From a virus: a stretch of DNA of 64,000 nucleotides. A model generated the notes under the pieces. That model was not told the DNA's origin. It saw nothing but the letters and a program-made list of their open reading frames with translations, and searched no databases. Of the stretch, positions 60,264 through 64,000 are shown in pieces. A program made the translations under genes and the position numbers. The DNA lies in IMG/VR virus record IMGVR_UViG_3300029258_004419; one strand, written 5' to 3'. Position 1 is the first letter of the stretch; the number at the start of each line of letters is the position of its first letter.

Positions 60264-60516
60264 CGTTCTCCTCCTCGGAAGGCTGGTCGTCCTTGGTCTC
60301 GGTGCCGGGCTTGGGCTTCAGCCGCTCCGGCTCCTTCTTCCCCCACCACACGAGCCACCAGAGGTTGCCCTTCAGGCCCTGGTAGATCCCCTCGACGTCC
60401 CCTCGCTCGATGCCGTGGGCGTTCACCCACTCGGTCAGCACGGAGAGGTTGTCGAAGTTCTTGGAGAAGAGATCGAGATCCTTGACCCGCTTCTCCTTCT
60501 TCTTGGACTCGGCCAT
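60256..60516 (-). CDS. hypothetical protein
   Basis: 86 aa. Contains WWLVWW, a hydrophobic/aromatic patch. Confidence 0.6.
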   Translation of the reverse strand: MAESKKKEKRVKDLDLFSKNFDNLSVLTEWVNAHGIERGDVEGIYQGLKGNLWWLVWWGKKEPERLKPKPGTETKDDQPSEEENDG

Positions 60517-60695
60517 CAGCTCACCTCGAAGCCAAGCTCGCGGGCGGTGCTCCTCCAGTTACGATCCCAGAGGTGCAGGTTCGCCCGGAACACACTCTTC
60601 TCCTCTCCGGGACCGAACCGTATCCCGAAGAGCTTTCTCGCACGCTTGGCCCGGTTGCGTAGCCGGACCAAGCTCTTGGTGCGGCCCTTGGCCAC
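60516..60695 (-). CDS. hypothetical small basic protein (59 aa)
   Basis: Not in the track. GTG 60695 overlaps the upstream TAG. Its stop overlaps the next ATG (TGATG). GC3-rich. Confidence 0.45.
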   Translation of the reverse strand: MAKGRTKSLVRLRNRAKRARKLFGIRFGPGEEKSVFRANLHLWDRNWRSTARELGFEVS

Positions 60696-61504
60696 TACCG
60701 CAGCGCGGCCCAGTCCACGTCCACCTGGAAGCCCACGCCGGGGGCCGCCGAGATGTTCAGGTTGAAGCCGTTCACCGTCTTGCTGTCGACCCAGCAGACC
60801 ACGTTGGCGAGACCGGCGGTGTTCTCCACCGGCGTGTGGGCCACGCGGTAGTTGGCGTCCGGCTGCGGCGTCGCGAAGGCCACGGCCACGGTGGCGTTGG
60901 CATCCAGGAAGGCGGCCGTACCGAATGCGCTCGGGTTCGGACCCGTACCGGCCAGCGCGTCGATGGCGTCCGACAGGCTGCCCGTGAACTCCCCACCGCC
61001 GTTGGCCAGGCCGATCTTCAGGTCGTCGGCCACGTTGTTCGCCAGGCCGTCGCTGATGACCACGCTGGCTGCCGCCGGGTCGTCCGGGTCGTAGGGACCG
61101 ACGATGATGTAGCGGCCGCCGTAGTAGTACGCCTTGGCGGAGCTGTTGTCGGTGCCGGTCAGCTTGGCCAAGGCGGCGTTGATCGCAGCGACGATCAACG
61201 CCGCCGTGTTCAGCGTGGTCACGTTGGCCAGGATGACCTGCTCGACGGCGTCGCCGTTGACGCTGATGCCGAACTGGTTGTCCGTGCCGCCCGAGATGTT
61301 GGTGCTCGGGGTCAGGTCCGAGCCGCTGATGCCGCCGTGGCCGGTGCCCTTGTCGATCTCCCAGGCCACCTCGGTCAACGAATCGGCGATGTCCTCGCGG
61401 AGGTCGTAGACCTCCTTGCCCATGCCACCGCCACGCAACAGGTGGGGCCGCACCGGGTATCGCGAGACGCCGAAGAACCGGTCGTCGTACTGTCCGTGCT
61501 CCAT
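60695..61504 (-). CDS. fibre/receptor-binding protein candidate with H-type-lectin-like C-terminus
   Basis: ATG 61504 follows GGAGGAAGAG. The C-terminus VAVAFATPQPDANYRV...VDSKTVNGFNLNI...VDVDW resembles the H-lectin pattern. Confidence 0.6.
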   Translation of the reverse strand: MEHGQYDDRFFGVSRYPVRPHLLRGGGMGKEVYDLREDIADSLTEVAWEIDKGTGHGGISGSDLTPSTNISGGTDNQFGISVNGDAVEQVILANVTTLNTAALIVAAINAALAKLTGTDNSSAKAYYYGGRYIIVGPYDPDDPAAASVVISDGLANNVADDLKIGLANGGGEFTGSLSDAIDALAGTGPNPSAFGTAAFLDANATVAVAFATPQPDANYRVAHTPVENTAGLANVVCWVDSKTVNGFNLNISAAPGVGFQVDVDWAALR

Positions 61505-61560
61505 CTCTTCCTCCAGTCTGACTGCCGTCAGTCTACTGCATCAGTTCTCCTGGGTCCAGC

Positions 61561-62391
61561 CTACGGGATCGGCACCGCCGCGGACAGAACCACCACCTGC
61601 GTCGCGATCCGGTCGATGGCCTCGAGCAGATCGAGCGGAGTCGGGCCACCGGGACCCGGAGCCCAGTTGGCAGGGTTGAGCTCGACGCCCGGGATCATCA
61701 GCATCGACGTGCGCGGCATGATGGTGGCGCCGGCGACCACGTTGATCGTCAGGTTGCCCAGCTGGACATCCGGCGTCAGAATCACCACCGCGGCGGCGGT
61801 CAGCACGACGTCGGGAGCGACGCCGTCGCCGGTGTAGGACCCACCGACGTAACCACCGAAGCCGTCGTGCGAGGACGCGGGCGCAGCCACTGCCAAGACC
61901 GCGCAGTCGTAGTGCAGCAGGACGCCGCCGGCCACGCACTCCGTGCCATCGCCACCGCCCGTGTTGGCCACGGAGCAGTTGCGCAGGGTTCCGCTACCTC
62001 CGTTGTCGCAGAACACGCCCCGACTGGCCACTGCCGGGTCCTGGCACTCGATGCGGACGTTCTCGACCGCTGCGCCATCGCCCGCCATCGCGGCCGGGAA
62101 CGTCACAGTGTGTCCGACGGGGGCCTGGATCATCGCGGAGTCCACGCCGAACGAGGCGCCCACGATGGTGACCCACGGGATCATCACGACGTTCTCGACG
62201 TAGTTGCCCGGGGCCAGGACCACGGCGTAGCGCTTGACGGCGCTGGCGTCCGTGATCGAGGCGAGGGCCGCCGTGATCGTCTGGAACGGCATCGACATGG
62301 TGCCGGGGTTGGTGTCCACACCCTTGACCGGGTCCACGTAGACGTGCTGGATGACGCCGCGGCTCGTCTCCTGAAGCTGACTGGTTCTCAT
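61561..62391 (-). CDS. right-handed beta-helix (pectin-lyase-fold) protein, tail spike/fibre candidate
   Basis: VYVDPVKGVDTNPGTMSMPFQTITAALASI...VVLAPGNYVENVVM is a typical beta-helix N-cap. G/N/V-rich repeats follow. Confidence 0.65.
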   Translation of the reverse strand: MRTSQLQETSRGVIQHVYVDPVKGVDTNPGTMSMPFQTITAALASITDASAVKRYAVVLAPGNYVENVVMIPWVTIVGASFGVDSAMIQAPVGHTVTFPAAMAGDGAAVENVRIECQDPAVASRGVFCDNGGSGTLRNCSVANTGGGDGTECVAGGVLLHYDCAVLAVAAPASSHDGFGGYVGGSYTGDGVAPDVVLTAAAVVILTPDVQLGNLTINVVAGATIMPRTSMLMIPGVELNPANWAPGPGGPTPLDLLEAIDRIATQVVVLSAAVPIP

Positions 62392-62415
62392 CTCGTTCTC
62401 TCCTCTCCTCTGAGG

Positions 62416-64000
62416 CTAGTTGAAGTGCAGCCAGATGAACGCCAGCTTGTTGATGCCGGCGGTCACGTTCTCGGACCCATGTCCGAGCTCCTGGAAGTGC
62501 TGTAGTACAGCGCCCGGAGGTGCGGCGGTGTTGACCGTCGCTCTCCCAGCCTGCGAGTTGGACGTTCCGGCCCAGTACTCCCTCGTGGCCGCTGTCCCGT
62601 CCTCAAGAAGCACCTGACAGCGGCCGGAGATGACCATCCACATCTGAGACCCGTCAGGTACTCCGTTGTCGTAGGCCACTCCGATAGGATCGAGGGCGGA
62701 CACAGCGGATACCTGCGTCCCTCCGTCGACCGTGGGAGAAGCCTCCAGGACTGTTCCCTTGACGGAAGGAGCTCCGGTGTTGTTGGTCACGAGGACGGCG
62801 ATGCCGCCTTCGGGAGTGAAGAGCACGTTCGTGTCACCGAAGTGGCGCCACGCTGCGCCGTCCCAGTACTCCATCTGCCCGATGTCGGTGTTGAAGCCGG
62901 TAGGGTGCTCAGTGGCAGCCGGAGCCGGCCGTCCCGCTGTAGTCCAGCGCATCCCACCGTAGAGCTGGTCGTCGAGGCCCGGGAAGTTCGTCCCGCCAGC
63001 GACGTAGGCCGCGGACTTCGGACCCGGGCCGATGACCTGGCTGTTGAAGAAGCGGTAGACGAAGCCGGCCGGGTCGATGAGGAGCTCGTTGTCGAGGTCC
63101 TGGTCGACCGTGGTGATTCCACCGAACATGAACCCACAGCCAGCACCGATGTCGGCCACGTAGTCGCCGGCGCCGTGCCCGATGGCCGAGAACGCTGCCT
63201 GGAATGTGGCACCGTTTCGCAGCTTGATCGCGTTGTCTCCCGCGGTGTGGGAGCCAGGTCCTTGGAATGCAATCCCGCAGTCCGACCCAAAGAACGCGCT
63301 GATGTTGCCGTCGAGATCGATCAGGTTCTGGAATGGCCGGTCGGCGAAGACGTTCGACTCGCTGTAGTTCATCTCCACCAGGATTGTAGGAGACACACCC
63401 TGGATGCACGGCATCGTGCCGACAGCCGGAGGGATGCCCCCACCGAAGAGCGTGGAGTCGCCGGCGAACTCGACTCTTCCGTTCAGAGCTCCCGTGGTGT
63501 CGAACTCCAACGCCAGGCCGTTGAATGTGTGGATGGTGCAGAACCGGTGGTCCACCAACCCTTCTAGGCAGTCCGACGGGACCCCGATCTTGAACGCTCC
63601 CCCTCCGGCCTGGTCGATGGCACCCACATCGTGGAAGCGGGCCTCCCACCTTTTGGAGATGTCAGCGACGTTGGCCACGACCTTGATGGCCGGCTCGAGT
63701 GCTTCGTTCCCGAGGACGATGATGTGGTCGAGGAAGATACCTCCCTCATCGGTGAAGACGACATCCAGGCCAGGAGATCCGGCCGCGCCAGAGATGAATG
63801 TCTCCCCCGACGCTCGCCCTATGAGAGAGATGTAGCTAGGGGACGCTCCTGCAGCAAAGCTGGCCAGCACGCTCTCATTGTACGTGCCGGGCTCGACAAC
63901 GATACAGACAGACTGACCGATGAACAAGGTGTTGGCCAAGTTGATGGCTGCCTGGATGGTGTCGACCGGACTTCCCCACTGGCCGTTGTTGGTCGGCTGC
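62416..64000 (-). CDS. right-handed beta-helix tail spike/fibre protein, N-terminus outside window
   Basis: The frame stays open upstream of TTG 63939 to the window edge (..QWGSPVDTIQAAINLANTLFIGQSVCIVVEPGTYNE). Repetitive G-rich beta-helix-like body. Confidence 0.7.
   Translation of the reverse strand, partial: QPTNNGQWGSPVDTIQAAINLANTLFIGQSVCIVVEPGTYNESVLASFAAGASPSYISLIGRASGETFISGAAGSPGLDVVFTDEGGIFLDHIIVLGNEALEPAIKVVANVADISKRWEARFHDVGAIDQAGGGAFKIGVPSDCLEGLVDHRFCTIHTFNGLALEFDTTGALNGRVEFAGDSTLFGGGIPPAVGTMPCIQGVSPTILVEMNYSESNVFADRPFQNLIDLDGNISAFFGSDCGIAFQGPGSHTAGDNAIKLRNGATFQAAFSAIGHGAGDYVADIGAGCGFMFGGITTVDQDLDNELLIDPAGFVYRFFNSQVIGPGPKSAAYVAGGTNFPGLDDQLYGGMRWTTAGRPAPAATEHPTGFNTDIGQMEYWDGAAWRHFGDTNVLFTPEGGIAVLVTNNTGAPSVKGTVLEASPTVDGGTQVSAVSALDPIGVAYDNGVPDGSQMWMVISGRCQVLLEDGTAATREYWAGTSNSQAGRATVNTAAPPGAVLQHFQELGHGSENVTAGINKLAFIWLHFN

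Overview
High-GC, very gene-dense segment of a large tailed-phage or prophage genome. No rRNA, CRISPR array, integrase or transposase is visible. Real genes have GC3-rich codons, GGAGG-type RBSs and ATG/GTG/TTG starts. Many long R/P/G-rich ORFs in the track are out-of-frame or antisense shadows and were discarded or trimmed.

**Layout**
- nt 1-8306 is a plus-strand block. It holds small hypothetical genes, a one-piece tmRNA (2281-2656), an adjacent non-canonical tRNA-like element and a rho-independent terminator. It also holds a protein with a histone-H1-like tail, a ~1.9 kb ORF-free unidirectional array of about 34 GGCCGTC-NWGG boxes (4351-6170) and a free-standing NUMOD4/HNH endonuclease.
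- nt 8483-64000 is one minus-strand block of about 105 tightly packed, mostly small genes. Many are translationally coupled through ATGA, GTGA or TGATG overlaps. A single divergent plus-strand RHH regulator (56526-56744) interrupts it.

**Recognisable functions in the minus block**
- Regulators: XRE, winged-helix, Rrf2 and RHH.
- ADP-ribose and nucleotide metabolism: NADAR, YpsA-like SLOG, HD phosphohydrolase, dCMP deaminase and metallophosphoesterase.
- DNA functions: two DNA methyltransferases, a DinG/XPD Fe-S helicase, a DUF2130-like protein and an AAA+ ATPase.
- A radical-SAM plus PAPS-reductase-like pair.
- At the right end (56.9-64 kb), a virion, lysis and receptor-binding module. It contains a permuted NlpC/P60 peptidase, Gly-zipper membrane proteins, an H-lectin-like fibre protein and two beta-helix proteins.

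A conserved promoter-like box (SGSTATAAG-N4-5-WTGAW) marks operon starts on both strands.

Most noteworthy items: the GGCCGTC box array, the tmRNA and tRNA-like pair, stand-alone ORFs carrying DNA polymerase I motifs, and the shared F-x-DEL-x-KIA peptide in the virion/lysis genes.
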